NCBI RefSeq assembly: GCF_006345805.1
Contig: NC_043004.1
Coordinates: 25,358,001-25,422,000 of the forward strand
Length of the DNA: 64,000 nucleotides
DNA from: Octopus sinensis
Taxonomy: Eukaryota
Reading direction: 5' to 3'
Both the position numbers and the translations under genes were made by a program. Below, in pieces: positions 52,220 to 64,000 of the stretch (position 1 is the first letter of the stretch; each line of letters opens with the position of its first letter). The notes below the pieces were generated by a model. It searched no databases. It saw nothing but the letters and a program-made list of their open reading frames with translations, and had not been told where the DNA came from.

Positions 52220-52522
52220 AAAATAAATAAATAAAGTGATTATCTCCCTTATACCGGAAGAAATCCCTTATTACCTCCCCCTGCCTGGAACTCTTCTTTG
52301 CACTTCATAACAAAGACATGACACGATGTAGGTAAAGAACTTTGAGAAATTGAAAAGTTTACATGAAACCTGTTTTTCTCCAAAAACTATGTTACTATAC
52401 ACAATTTTATAACATTTTTCTAACATAACGACTTAAATATTTTCTTTAACCTTATAAAACAAGCCTTCTGTAGTTTTTTCACTCTTTTCTATTTTTTATA
52501 TATCTAACCACGTGCTTTCTCA

Positions 52523-52561
<39 letters not shown>

Positions 52562-53049
52562 TTATATAAATAAGGATAAGATCGTTAATCTAAAAATAAA
52601 ATAACGATTTTATCAAGTGGTCAGCATGGAAAAAAATAACCTTCAAAGGTAATAATTATTAAAATTATAAATTAGGTTATCTACAAGATACCACCATGCT
52701 GAAAATAGCTGCCATGATCTGACTCTAAAACCACCTAAATTGTCCATGTATCAACATGGAGAGAAAACAAAGAGACAAGATGAAACTAGTAAAAAATTAC
52801 TGGATAATTCTAGATCCCAGATTTCTGACTTTGCATTTAGGAACGCTTTGCCTCGACAGTAGAAAACACAGAAGAGAAACATAAATACATATATATATAA
52901 ATACAACATACAAATACTTACATAAACGAACGTATACCCACATATATATGTACGTATGCATCATGGCCAGTTCAAAATGCCCGCCGTTTAATTCCATGTG
53001 AGATATGGTCAAGATATCGCCACAGTAAATACAGTGACGAAATAAATTT

Positions 53050-53225
53050 TGTGGGGATGGGAACAGTCGATCATATTGACCTTAGTGATCAACTGGTACC
53101 TAATTTATCTACCCCAAAAGGATGAAAGGCGAAGCTGACCTCGGTGGAATTTGAACTCAGAACACAGCGACGAGTGAAATACTGCTGAGCATTTCACCTG
53201 GCATGCTAACATTTCTGCCAGCTAG
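53050..53225 (-). mobile_element. SINE family B
   Basis: AACTGGTACC...GGATGAAAGGCGAAGCTGACCTCGG...GCTAAC..TTCTGCCAGCT. Confidence 0.75.
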
Positions 53226-53235
53226 CTGAATAATA

Positions 53236-53266
<31 letters not shown>

Positions 53267-53485
53267 CGATGATGATGATGATGACGATGACGACGATGAC
53301 AGGCAAAATTTTTTTTTAAATATAGAGAGAAGCAATGTAAAAAGACAATATATCTACTGTGGTTTTTCCTACCGCTTTATATATATATATTGTTTTATTT
53401 ATATTTCCTGAGCGCCATACTAATACAATTGTTTGTTTGTTTCCCACCTGCCTTCGTCTTTTGTCTATTTTCATAAAGCTTCCCG

Positions 53486-53547
<62 letters not shown>

Positions 53548-56139
53548 ATATATGCATATATATTTTTAAGCTTATAAAGAAAGGAAGAAAGGAAAAGAGA
53601 AAACAATAGAGAAATTACAGGGAGAATATGATAGAGAAGAGGAAAAAGAAAGAGAGAGAGAAGAAGCAACTTAACAATACAGACATAATAAAAATCAATA
53701 AAATCTACCCGAAGGTAGATTGAGACATCTTTTGACCAGCATTGCCTTGCTTGTCTCCGTTCTTCTTTGCAGCCAAACAGTGGTGCATCGCTCACTTCAG
53801 TGTCCTCCATACCAATTTGTACCCTTCATTGTGGTGGTGGTAGTTGATGAATTCAGTCTCAATATGTTTGAATATTAAATCTGGTTGTGAAACATTGAAA
53901 GAGTTTGTTACAACATCTCTTGAGAAGTCTCAGACACTGAGGTGCCCATCTTGGAGGTGGTCATTGTGCTTTTGTTTAGTTGTTTGCGGGGTTTTCGTTT
54001 GCTGATGTTGTTGGTGTGGTGGTGTCTCTTGCAGGTAGTGTTTGTTGCTGTTGTTTCCACTCTTGGTGTTCTTGTTACTGTTATTGCTATAAGTGTTGCT
54101 TCCAATCTCGTAGCAGATGCTGCGGTCATGCATGATACAGCCGCATGTTATTGTCGTGGTTGCTACTGTTGTTGTTGTTGATGTTGGATGTGGGATATTG
54201 GTTGTAGTAGAAGCCCCGTTTCAGCTATCATTGTCTGCTGTTGTTGGGATAGAAAATCTTAAGGTGGTTTGTATTTCCACAGTTGTAGCATTGCGGACTT
54301 CTGCCTTCTCCCAACCACCTGCAATTGCTACCCTCTCGGGGTCTGTATTAGATCAGGGAATTGCGTAGTAACTCAAGTTTTGCCTGAATCAAAATCTCCA
54401 AGTCTAGCTTGACCCAGTTTTGTTTCGGAAATCTTTTTACGAGTTTCTAGAAGCAAGCAGGGGCTTCCAAAACCATTGGTTGTGTGTGTAGGTGCCCCAG
54501 GGGACTGGCAAGTCACTTGAAAATAAGATGGTTGGAGGATGAAACTGGAAAAGGGACTAATGAGAAAAGGAATAGATTCAGAGACTGGCAGACGTGGGGT
54601 GACAGCATTAGGTAGCACAAGATGTGATGCCTGCAAAAAGGAAAAGAACAACCAAGAAAGTTATTAACTGCAGCCTCTAGAAGCATAACAATTCAACAGA
54701 ACAGATTTATCACCAAGAAACTAGATAAGTTAATATATGAACAGTTTTGTCAAAAAAATTGATTGTGTGAGAACCAAGGGAGTAATTGAAGCTTGTGTGT
54801 GGAGGACGAAGAAAGAAAAGAAAGCAATTCATGCAAAGAGAATTGTGTCACTAAATATATATATATATAAAAAAAAAGCAGAAAAGGTACTGTCTGATTG
54901 GTCAAAATCATAAAGAGACCGTCTTTATGTGAGACCGGTTGAGGCAGTAGTTTGAGATCAATTCAAGCGGTTCATATCTAAAGAAGTAAGCAAAATATTA
55001 ACACGACATATTGACAGCTGAAATTTTTTTCATTTTAGGTAAGTTTTCTTATTTTAAAGTATTTCTTACTTTGAAATATTAATATATCATAATTGATGCT
55101 GGAGAGAGAATGTGATTATATTATGTTTTACACTCACACAAATATTTTATATATAACCACACACACACACACACACACACATACACATGTATGTGTCTGT
55201 GTGAATATATTTTACTTGTCCAACTTGTTGAAATTTGATAAATGAGGGCGACTGTTCAATGTAGATTTATCAAGGACTTAAACAAAATTCCTAAGCTGTC
55301 ATTTAAATATGTTGATATTTTTTCTATTTTGTGAGAGGAAGGAACTGTGGTATTTTGAATCTTCTGTTGCTGTATCTTAATCCTGTGTTAGAGGAGTGAA
55401 AGTAGAATGTTATATACAAAATACTGGTATGCATTTCGATAATTTCCATAGCTTTATGTGCCAAAGTTTGATGTCAGTTTTCCTTAAATAAATTTCCAGA
55501 TATCCTTTCTTCACTTCTGGGAATAAATCCATAAAGATATCAACTTTGAGCAAAGTAGCTAGTTCTAAGATCTCTAAATGAGATATAAGTGGTAACAATA
55601 CTAGATGGTAACATTTTTTCTTTTTGCCATTATAACATGGCTGTTCTATACAGAACTGTGTTACAACATTTTAACCTCAGGAAAACGTCTTTTCCAGCTG
55701 GTTAATGACACCCAACCTTATACATAATTAATCCTAGCCAATTTTTGTCAACTTTAATCTTCTTTTCAACATCATTTATCATTCATTTACTCTCTTCATC
55801 CAAATGAACTCAAAGAATCCACACCGACTCTTGATTTTCAACTGAATGTACTGGAGCAACACTAAAGATTACCTGAACTGTAACACAAGCTAAAAAGAAC
55901 CTCACACGCAAACACACACACACATATAGGTTACTGTTCTGTTAGATGTAAGATCTACAAAAAAAGTACTCCGTCCAGTGTATGTACTGCTGTGCATGGT
56001 GCGTGTAATGTGAGTTGTATTATTTTACAAGGCCTTAATCTTGCATAGTATATGGTGCATGAATTGTGTTGTTTTAGGCTATTAGGTGCTAGTTGTATAG
56101 GGTGTGTGTTGTGTGCAAAGATTGTTCTGCTTGAGCTAT

Positions 56140-56860
56140 TCTCTTGAACTGATAGCATCTTGCACAAAGACATGTTCCTAGCAGAGCTATTTTTGGAGTA
56201 TTGTGTAGTACTGTGAGCCCTGGTATTTCATCTATGTTTCTTTGTATATATTTTTTTAATCATACTTAATGCACCAATTACTCGTGATATTGATTTCATC
56301 CTCATATCAAACATCGTGACTATTTCAATTTTAAGATCCTTGTATTTTGATAGTTTCTCTACTTCTTATCTCAAAGCATTTTTTTAGAAGAGATTATGAC
56401 ATCTATCAGTGTGCATGTGTTTGTTTTCTTGTCTGGATGGTTCACCTTGATCTTTCTGTCAGTCTGATTCTTATAGCCAGGTTGCAGTCATGAACTGTGT
56501 TTGGTACATGCTTGTACCACTTATTTGTTTTCACATTGAAGTGTTGGCATATTGCTTAGTGAATGTAGCTGCAAATACTACCATGCCTGTTTGTATACTA
56601 AGATTTGGCAAAGTCTGAGCAACTGGTGATGGTAACTGTCTAATTGTGCTGGTGGTACATTCAACATTTAGTGTTAGGACCATTCATACAATTTTAATCT
56701 TATAATTGTTTGTGACCAGATATTGATCTTGTGTAGTTAGGATCAGTTCCTCCATTTCTGTTTTTTGGCTGGAGCTTTTGAGCCACTGTTCATTTTTACT
56801 TCAGCTTACTTCTTTTCAATTTAACCCTGCACGGTTTTGATCATAGAGTGATTTTACTTT
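56140..56860 (-). pseudogene. Old degraded R4/Dong-like RLE relic (third copy)
   Basis: EMEELILTTQDQYL..NNYK, KLSKYKDLKIEI, VIGALSMI, KIALLGT; homologous to the 9737-10417 protein. Confidence 0.75.
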
Positions 56861-57229
56861 CCATTTCTTCTTGAGTATGTTTTGTAATTGTTTCCATGTT
56901 GTTTTTTTTTTACCATTTCTGTTGCATTGTTGTCTAAATTTATTGTTTCAGTGTCGTCTGTTTTTGCATTGTATTAGTGATTCCCTATATAAAGAAAACT
57001 GTTTTTGGGGGGTTTTTTTCCATGCTTCTTACATTTATAATTCTTCCATTCTTTGTTTTTAAGTGTTTGTCCAGTTCAACTGTTGTTATTTTATCTATTT
57101 TATTTATCTATTTTCTTATCTATTTTCTTTACTTATCTATTTTCCTAAAATTTTCATTGCGTCTTGCAACCTTTTCAATAGTTGTTGACTCTGTCCATTA
57201 TCCGAACTGTGTTCTTTTGTTTGTGCACA

Positions 57230-57744
57230 TGTGTGGGTCAGTGTGTGCGTGTGTGTGTGCATACACTTGTATGCATGTATGAATACATGTAAGTGTGTGT
57301 GTGTGTGTGTGTGTGCGTATGTGTATATGCATGTATGTGTGTATGGTTGTATATATGTATTCTGAATATTCATGTGTTTGTGTGTTCGTGTTTGTGTGTT
57401 TTTGTGTGTGTGTGTGTATGTGTATTTGCATGTGTGTGTGTGTGTGTGTACTTTTGTCCCCTTGTGTGTGCAGTCTGAGTGTGTGTGTGTATGGGGGGGG
57501 GTTGTGACTATGTACTATGTCTGTATGAATGGATGTGTATCTCCATATGTGTGAATGTGTGTCTCCATATGTGCCCTTGTGTGAAGTAAAGTGTGTGTAT
57601 ATATGGTCATGTGTTTCAGTCTTCATTTGTGTATGTGTGTATGTGTGCTTGTCTGTTCATATTATCTATGTACCTATCCCTCTGTATGTCTATATGTTTA
57701 CTTTCATATCCATTTGTCTACATACATGCGCATATACATATACA

Positions 57745-57800
<56 letters not shown>
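57230..57800. repeat. (TG)n/(CA)n low-complexity tract
   Basis: Direct inspection. Confidence 0.9.
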
Positions 57801-57802
<2 letters not shown>

Positions 57803-57889
57803 TCTACATAACAGCTCACTAACTATTCTACTTGTATATTATTATATACTGTGGGTATGGGGGGTATGATTATCTACTATGTATATTTC

Positions 57890-58115
57890 CTATTTAGTAC
57901 TAGGGATGTTTCATCTATGAAGATGTACTCCTGTATTTATCTGAGGGTTGGGTCCTTTGGGTGCTTGGATAAAATGTGGATGTCAAGTTGACCCAGGTTG
58001 CCTCCATGTTGGTAGAGTATGGAGAACTGTTTTTTGTTGTTATATTGTCTCAAATATTCATTTAGTCTTTTCACAATGTTTCTAAATGTCTCCCCTATGT
58101 GTGTATTATTCGACA
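57890..58115 (-). pseudogene. Penelope-like GIY-YIG C-terminal relic
   Basis: HIGETFR....RL.E, S.LYQH, IQE.IFI.....VLN. Confidence 0.7.
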
Positions 58116-58149
58116 AAAAGATGACTGTTTGAAAACCATGCAAAAGAGT

Positions 58150-60027
58150 GGGAGAGAAAATTATTTCAAGACTTTATTTCAAGATTTCCAAGGGATGAAA
58201 GATTTCATCTGAGATTTTTATTGTTACATGTTAAAGGAGCTTGCAATTTTGATGATCTTAAGACAGTTGATGGTGCACTAAATAACCATTATCATGAAGC
58301 TGCAAATTAAAGGAACTTGCTGCAGAATGATAATGAGTGGGGGAGATGCTTGACAGAAGCAGCTGTTGCTCAGATGCCCGTACAAGTGAGGCAATTATTT
58401 GCTCTAATCTGTATTTTTAAAACCCCTAATGACTCTGCAGGACTGTACTATCAATTTGAAGACGGCATCATTGAAGACGACATCATTGAAGACCAGAATA
58501 AATGCAAGAGGAGTTATTGTGCAGATAGCATTACAAGATATAGGTTCAATTCTCTTTTTACCTGGTTTACACTACCAGGACTTACATCTACCTATTGTAA
58601 ACATCCAGATCATTAGAGAGAATATTGAAAATGCCAATACAAAAACTACTGTGGCTGAAAGGCACACAGCAACACTGAATAAAAAGCTATTTGAAATATT
58701 TGAGCATATTCTGACCGCTATTGAAACTGAGAATACAGAGAACAAATTTTTCTTTATGGAAGATCCTAGCGGCTCAGGAAGAACATACTTCTACAACACT
58801 TTGATCATTTAGTTGATTTGCCAGAACAAAACTGTCTTTTCTTATGCAACTACAGGAACAGTTGCAGATTTACTTATTGAAGGAAGAACAGTCCTGTTCT
58901 AATTTTTGAAAACTCATCCTCACACTTGAGAATACTTTCTGAAAGTTCCACAGAAATAAAAGCTGCTGCTTTAATAATAATTGATGAAGTATCAATGCTT
59001 TCCAACAATGCTCTTCATGTAATTGATATCCTATTGAAGGAAATCACGCATTCAAATAGGTCATTTGATGGCAAAGTTTTTCTTCTAGATGAATATTTTT
59101 GCCAGACTGCACCAGTTATACTAAGAGACTCAAATGCTGCAATTTCAGAGTCTTGCATAAAAATGTCAAACCTGTGAAGAACTGTTACTAAACTAAGCCT
59201 TACAGAAAATGTACACACTGAAGGACAAGATCTCTCCCGGTGGTTGTTGAAAATTGGTAGCGGCACACTCCACAATGACTGGTTTGAGTGAAAACACCAT
59301 TGAGATACCAGAATACATGTTATCTTCAGGACATATTGTAAGAGACATATTTGGAGAATATCTTGACATTGCAAATGAAGATCATATGGAAGATCTTGTT
59401 TCAAAGTTGCCTTAAAAATAAATTAATCTATTCTTACACTACTTCCTAGACAATCAAAAGAATATTTCAGTGTAGTGACAATTTCTTTAGAAGATGCTGT
59501 TTCTGCTGTTAAAGTTCCAGTTGAAATTTTGAGTTCTCTAACTCCCTTGGGAATGCTGCCACACAGGCTGAAACTCAAGGTTGGATTCATTGTCATGCTA
59601 TTGCATAATCTAAATCCAGAGAGGGGGTTATTGAATGGCACCCATTTATTAGTAACATCCATGCATGATTTATATATTCATGGCATGATACTAAGTGGTT
59701 AGTAAGAAAGAAAAGGAGGTGTTTATCTCTTGTATGAACCTCTCAGCATGTGATACAAATATGCCTTTTGCAATGAACAGAAGACAATTTTCTGTAATAC
59801 CTGCATTTTCTATGACCATCAACAAATCACAAGGACAATCATTTTGTCAAGTTGTTATTTATTTACCTTTTCTTGTGTTTAGTCATGAGCAGCTTTATGT
59901 TTCATTAAGCAGGACAAAAAGCAAGGACAACCTTAAGATACTCATACATAATGATGGAAAGCAAGGAAATCTTTATGGAAATCACAGATTTACAGTGAAT
60001 ATTGTAATAAAAGAACTTTTGGAATAA
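58150..60027 (+). pseudogene. Helitron RepHel PIF1-type helicase relic
   Basis: HVKG..NFDDLKTVDG, EW..CL.EAA, DPSGSGRT (Walker A relic), IIDEVSM, PH.L.LKVG..VMLL.NL...GL.NGT, RRQF...AF.MTINKSQGQS, FSH.QLYV.LSR. Confidence 0.95.
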
Positions 60028-61057
60028 CATTAATTACATGTTGAGATATATGTACAATATGCATATGTAAACATAAGTAGTCTCAGTGTTTTTTTTTTAC
60101 TCTGTGTTTCATTAACTAGTGTGGAATTACATGCATGTCTTTTACTGTTTTCTAAATAAAAGTGTAAAATTTTTGTAAATACTGTATTATCATTTTGAAT
60201 TACATCATTCAATAAAACATTAGAATAAATTTTTTGTAAAATATTTGTATATTTGTAAAAGAACTTTATATATATATATATATCATTGTGACTGATTATT
60301 TTTGGCTGACAGTTGGCACTGTCACATTTAAGAATTTTTGAAAATATTTTTTCTTCTAAATAAATAGTGCAAGGTCTTAAAACAAAAAATTATCAATAAT
60401 TTTTCTCATTGTTTTGCTATTTTCTATAATTAATACAAATGTTGACATTTTTTATGACATGGGTATGCTAGTGTATTAATGTTGATTTGTTCTATACTTG
60501 AAACCCTGTCATCTTTATTTCTTCTTAATTATTATACCTTATTTGTTATTCAGTTATTTTGCCCTTTTCTTTTTTATATTTATCTTGTCTCATATTTGTC
60601 TATATTTGTTTTTACTCTTATTGTCCTTATTTCATTTTTTTTCTGCTTTCTCTCTATTTCATATATATATGTATCATTACTTTGATTTCTCCTTAACTTG
60701 TGAGTTTGTTCTAACCATTATCATTTGTCACTTCTGTAGTTATTTCTACTTTGTTTGAACTTGATTCCTTACTTGATAATATTTTCAACTTGATTTATAT
60801 TTCAATATTGATATATAGAGTAAGGCAGTGAACTGACAGAATAGTTAGCAAGCTGGTCCAAATGCTTCATGGAATTTCATCTGTCTTTACATTCTGAATT
60901 CAAATTTTGCCAAGGTAAACTTTGCTGTTCATCCTTTCAGAGTTGATAAAATAAATATCAGTTGATTACTGGGATCAACATAATAGGCTTACTCCCTCTG
61001 TCAAAATTGCCAGCTTTGTGCCACAATTAGAAACCAATATTAGAATGTCCCCATTTA

Positions 61058-61370
61058 CCTGAAATATGATCCACAAATCCATAGCTCAATATTGTCTCCA
61101 TCAAGCTGAGGTATGATCCACAAATCTATAGCTCAGAAGTGTCCAGTATCTCCACCTAGCTGAAGTATGATCCACAGATCCTTAACTCAAGAGTCTCCAC
61201 CTGGCTGAGGAATGATCCATAGATCTATAGCTCAGGAGTGTGCAGTGCCTTTACTTTACTGTGGTATGATCCACAAATCCATAGGTCAAGATATATAGTG
61301 TCTCCACCTAGTTGAGATATAATCTACAGATCTATAACTCAATATGTACATTGACTCCACTTAGCTGATC
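61058..61370. repeat. 45-54-bp minisatellite, 6 copies
   Basis: Core CTGAGGTATGATCCACAAATCTATAGCTCA with variable linkers. Confidence 0.85.
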
Positions 61371-61842
61371 AGGAGACTGCATATCCCAATATATAGGATT
61401 TTAGTGTGACCAATCAAACTTGTAATAAGCAGAGTTATGTCGCTAAGCTAGAGACGCAACACAATGACTATAGTTAAGCTTATTAATGTTGAAAACATTC
61501 TGTTATCAAAATAATACTTCAGAAAAACTGAAGTTTTCAATGTTTATGTTATTTTATGTGAGATTTTAAAATCAACATCTGTATATTGTTGCTTACCTCA
61601 TTAAATACGTTTCTTTAAAATTCTTTATTTTGTTTCTTTTTCATTCTAGCATATTTCACTCAACATAATATGGAGTTTGATCATTTTCTATGTAAAGTTA
61701 TGCAAGGTGACATTACAGCTATTAAACAATGTATTGTAAGAAATCCTGATAAGGTAAGCTGCTCCTTTTTATTGTCATCTCAAACTTGACTGTTATTTTA
61801 TCTTTATATTCAACTTAGAAATATGTGCATATATAATCAATA

Positions 61843-62250
61843 TACTCTTACTCTTTACTCTTTTACTTGTTTCAGTCATTTGACTGTGGCCATGCTGGAG
61901 CACCACCTTTAGTCGAGCAAATCGACCCCGGGACTTATTCTTTGTAAGCCCAGTACTTATTCTATCGGTCTCTTTTGCCGAACCGCTAAGTGACGGGGAC
62001 GTAAACACACCAGCATCGGTTGTCAAGCAATGCTAGGGGAACAAACACACACACACAAACACACACACATACACATATATATATATACGACAGGCTTCTT
62101 TCAGTTTCCATCTACCAAATCTACTCACAAGGCATTGGTCGGCCCGGGGCTATAGCAGAAGACACTTGCCCAAGATGCCACGCAGTGGGACTGAACCCGG
62201 AACCATGTGGTTGGTTAGCAAGCTACTTACCACACAGCCACTCCTGCGCC
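61843..62250 (-). mobile_element. SINE family A, full length
   Basis: Both ends present; 16 nt of the head is duplicated at 62254-62269. Confidence 0.9.
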
Positions 62251-63255
62251 TATCCACACAGCCACTCCTCCTCATTATAGAAATAATGAATATTGAATTA
62301 TATTTTATACTCAATATCCAAATATTCTTAAGTCTCCAGGGATATTTGTCCATGATATTTCATTCCTTCCTCTAATCATCATCACCCTCAGCAGTAGCAT
62401 CAGCTGCAACAGCAGTTTAAGAAGGACAAAGGTAAGCTAGAGTTGATTGAATGTAGGTTAAATAGAAAGCCATTATGATGTAAAGGAGTGATCTTATAAA
62501 AAATATTCAGTCCAAGAGATAGTATCAATAAGATGTGGGTATGCTTATTATGAGTTTCTCATGCCACATGCAGTTGAAGACATTACCAATTGTCATTCAT
62601 TGTGTGACTTTGAACCTGAAATCCTCTCTAGAGCTATACAGGTTGTATCTAGATAGAGGAAGACACCCAAATTGATAAATAAGGGGGTTACTTTTCTCAT
62701 AGTGGAAAGTAGAATGACAGATGGGACACTTGGAGTATAGAGACACCAAGATTAAAGGATAGCGTTATAATTACAGGCCAACCTTTGATGATCTTACATG
62801 TATTTAAATGATGGGTGATTTCCTTCAGGTGATGTGTTGTTTAACTGAAATATATAATTCCAAGACATTGATGAATAAATGTAGACTTCAACTGCTGACT
62901 GTTATCTTAGAATTTCTTATTTTCTCCATCAGAGATAATACATTACTATAGAATTTCATGAACTATGCCAGAGAATATAAAAATAATCTATGCAAATATT
63001 CCTGAGGATTTTGATTGTTTATAGATCTTTAACTATTCAGTAAATTATACACCATTTTATGGTCTGATCTCTGCAGCAGGTTTAATTTGATGCTTTCTGT
63101 TATTTAGCTGCATCTCCTATCATCTGTCACTTAAAATTTTATCAGTACTCTCTTTCAATTTATTATTGATATTGTAGGGTAACAGCATTATAGCAAAGAT
63201 TGTACCTAAAACCAACAACTTATATTTAATAAGAAACATATTTTTAAAATAGCCA

Positions 63256-63457
63256 TGATATAGCTTTAGTTAAGCTATACACAAATAAATTAACGGAAAC
63301 CCAGATTTATTCAGTTAAATACATGAGGGTAACAGCTGCCAGTCACTTCTATCTTGTAGAAGCCGGCTTAACCAGAAGTCCACTTCGCTGCAGATCAGCT
63401 CCCTAGCTAGCCTGCAGCGAAGTTCATCTGTCATAAATCCTTGGGCAGTTCCCTACA
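63256..63457 (-). mobile_element. Gypsy 3' LTR (~200 bp)
   Basis: On minus: PPT GGGGGAG, then TGTA..., AATAAA, ends ...ATATCA. Confidence 0.65.
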
Positions 63458-64000
63458 TACAGCTCCCCACCAGAACTGTTGACTGTCATTGGAATTGGGA
63501 AAAGTGTTTTAAATCCCCTGCTGTGCATGTGGTTACTTGACTCTTTGGTGACTGTTCCTTGCCAAGAGTTAGTGTGATTTACCTGGGGTGGCCGCTGTTT
63601 GGTGGTTGAGCTACTTGGATGGTGCTGTTAATATTGAGAAAGGCTGGTTTCAACCTATTTATGGAAACTGTGTCTTGTCGTCTGCCAATTAGGAGTTAGA
63701 AGGATTTGTCTCCCAGACATATGACTTTGTATGGGCCATCATAGGGTGACTGGAAGGGGTTTTGTCATGTGTCATGTTGAATGAATATGAAGTTAGCCAT
63801 GTGGAAGTCATTTGGTACAGATGATCTAGGTGTACCATGTGTTGACATGGGAATAAGGTGCAACTGGCCCACACTGTCTCTCAGTTGCATGAGGTACCTT
63901 TTGACAGCTGGGTTTGACTTCGTGTTCAGAAGGAACTCTCCTGGCACTGTAAGAGGGGCACCATACACCTTTTCCACATAAAAAATGTTGAGATTTTCCT
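63458..64000 (-). pseudogene. Gypsy integrase C-terminal relic plus PPT
   Basis: VYG.PLT.PGEF, L..LRD.V, PYDGPYKV, DTVSI.RLK. Confidence 0.85.

Noticed and set aside
53700-55000. Possible retroelement ORF on the minus strand
   Set aside because: Translations gave no motif I could assign with confidence.
61058-61370. CRISPR array (also considered for the 34-bp and 46-bp repeats)
   Set aside because: Eukaryotic context, homologous rather than unique spacers, degenerate repeats, and no cas genes.
62340-62420. Gln/His-rich stretch ending in AG|GTAAG donor-like site
   Set aside because: In-frame stop and no acceptor or partner exon; isolated donor-like motifs are expected by chance.

Overview
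Eukaryotic, AT-rich, gene-poor window, about half simple repeats and transposon relics. It is most likely octopus/coleoid cephalopod; this is an inference from the tRNA-derived SINE families and the extreme (TA)n/(TG)n/(TAA)n load. No host protein-coding gene, rRNA, genuine tRNA or CRISPR array is supportable, and most ORF-track entries are microsatellite or antisense artefacts. Recognisable content: several SINE families; non-LTR relics (three R4/Dong-like RLE, three CR1/L2-like, RTE); three Penelope-like GIY-YIG fragments; two Gypsy fragments; a DD34E Tc1 with IR/DR ends; a Helitron helicase pseudogene; Chapaev3-like and HINE-like fragments; fold-back elements; one 100-N gap. Most interesting signals: (1) a tRNA-headed short element with an internal (TAA)n followed by a minimal hammerhead-ribozyme tail, seen twice with the same architecture (11834-12711 minus, 50705-50950 plus); (2) a ~555-bp non-coding element inserting in phase into (TAA)n; (3) several Penelope-type hammerhead motifs; (4) a 3.2-kb (GAACCC/GAAGCC)n array with embedded 34-bp repeats and a 1.21-kb higher-order duplication; (5) inverted minisatellite arrays sharing one core. 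All family assignments are by eye and need Dfam/Repbase/Infernal confirmation.
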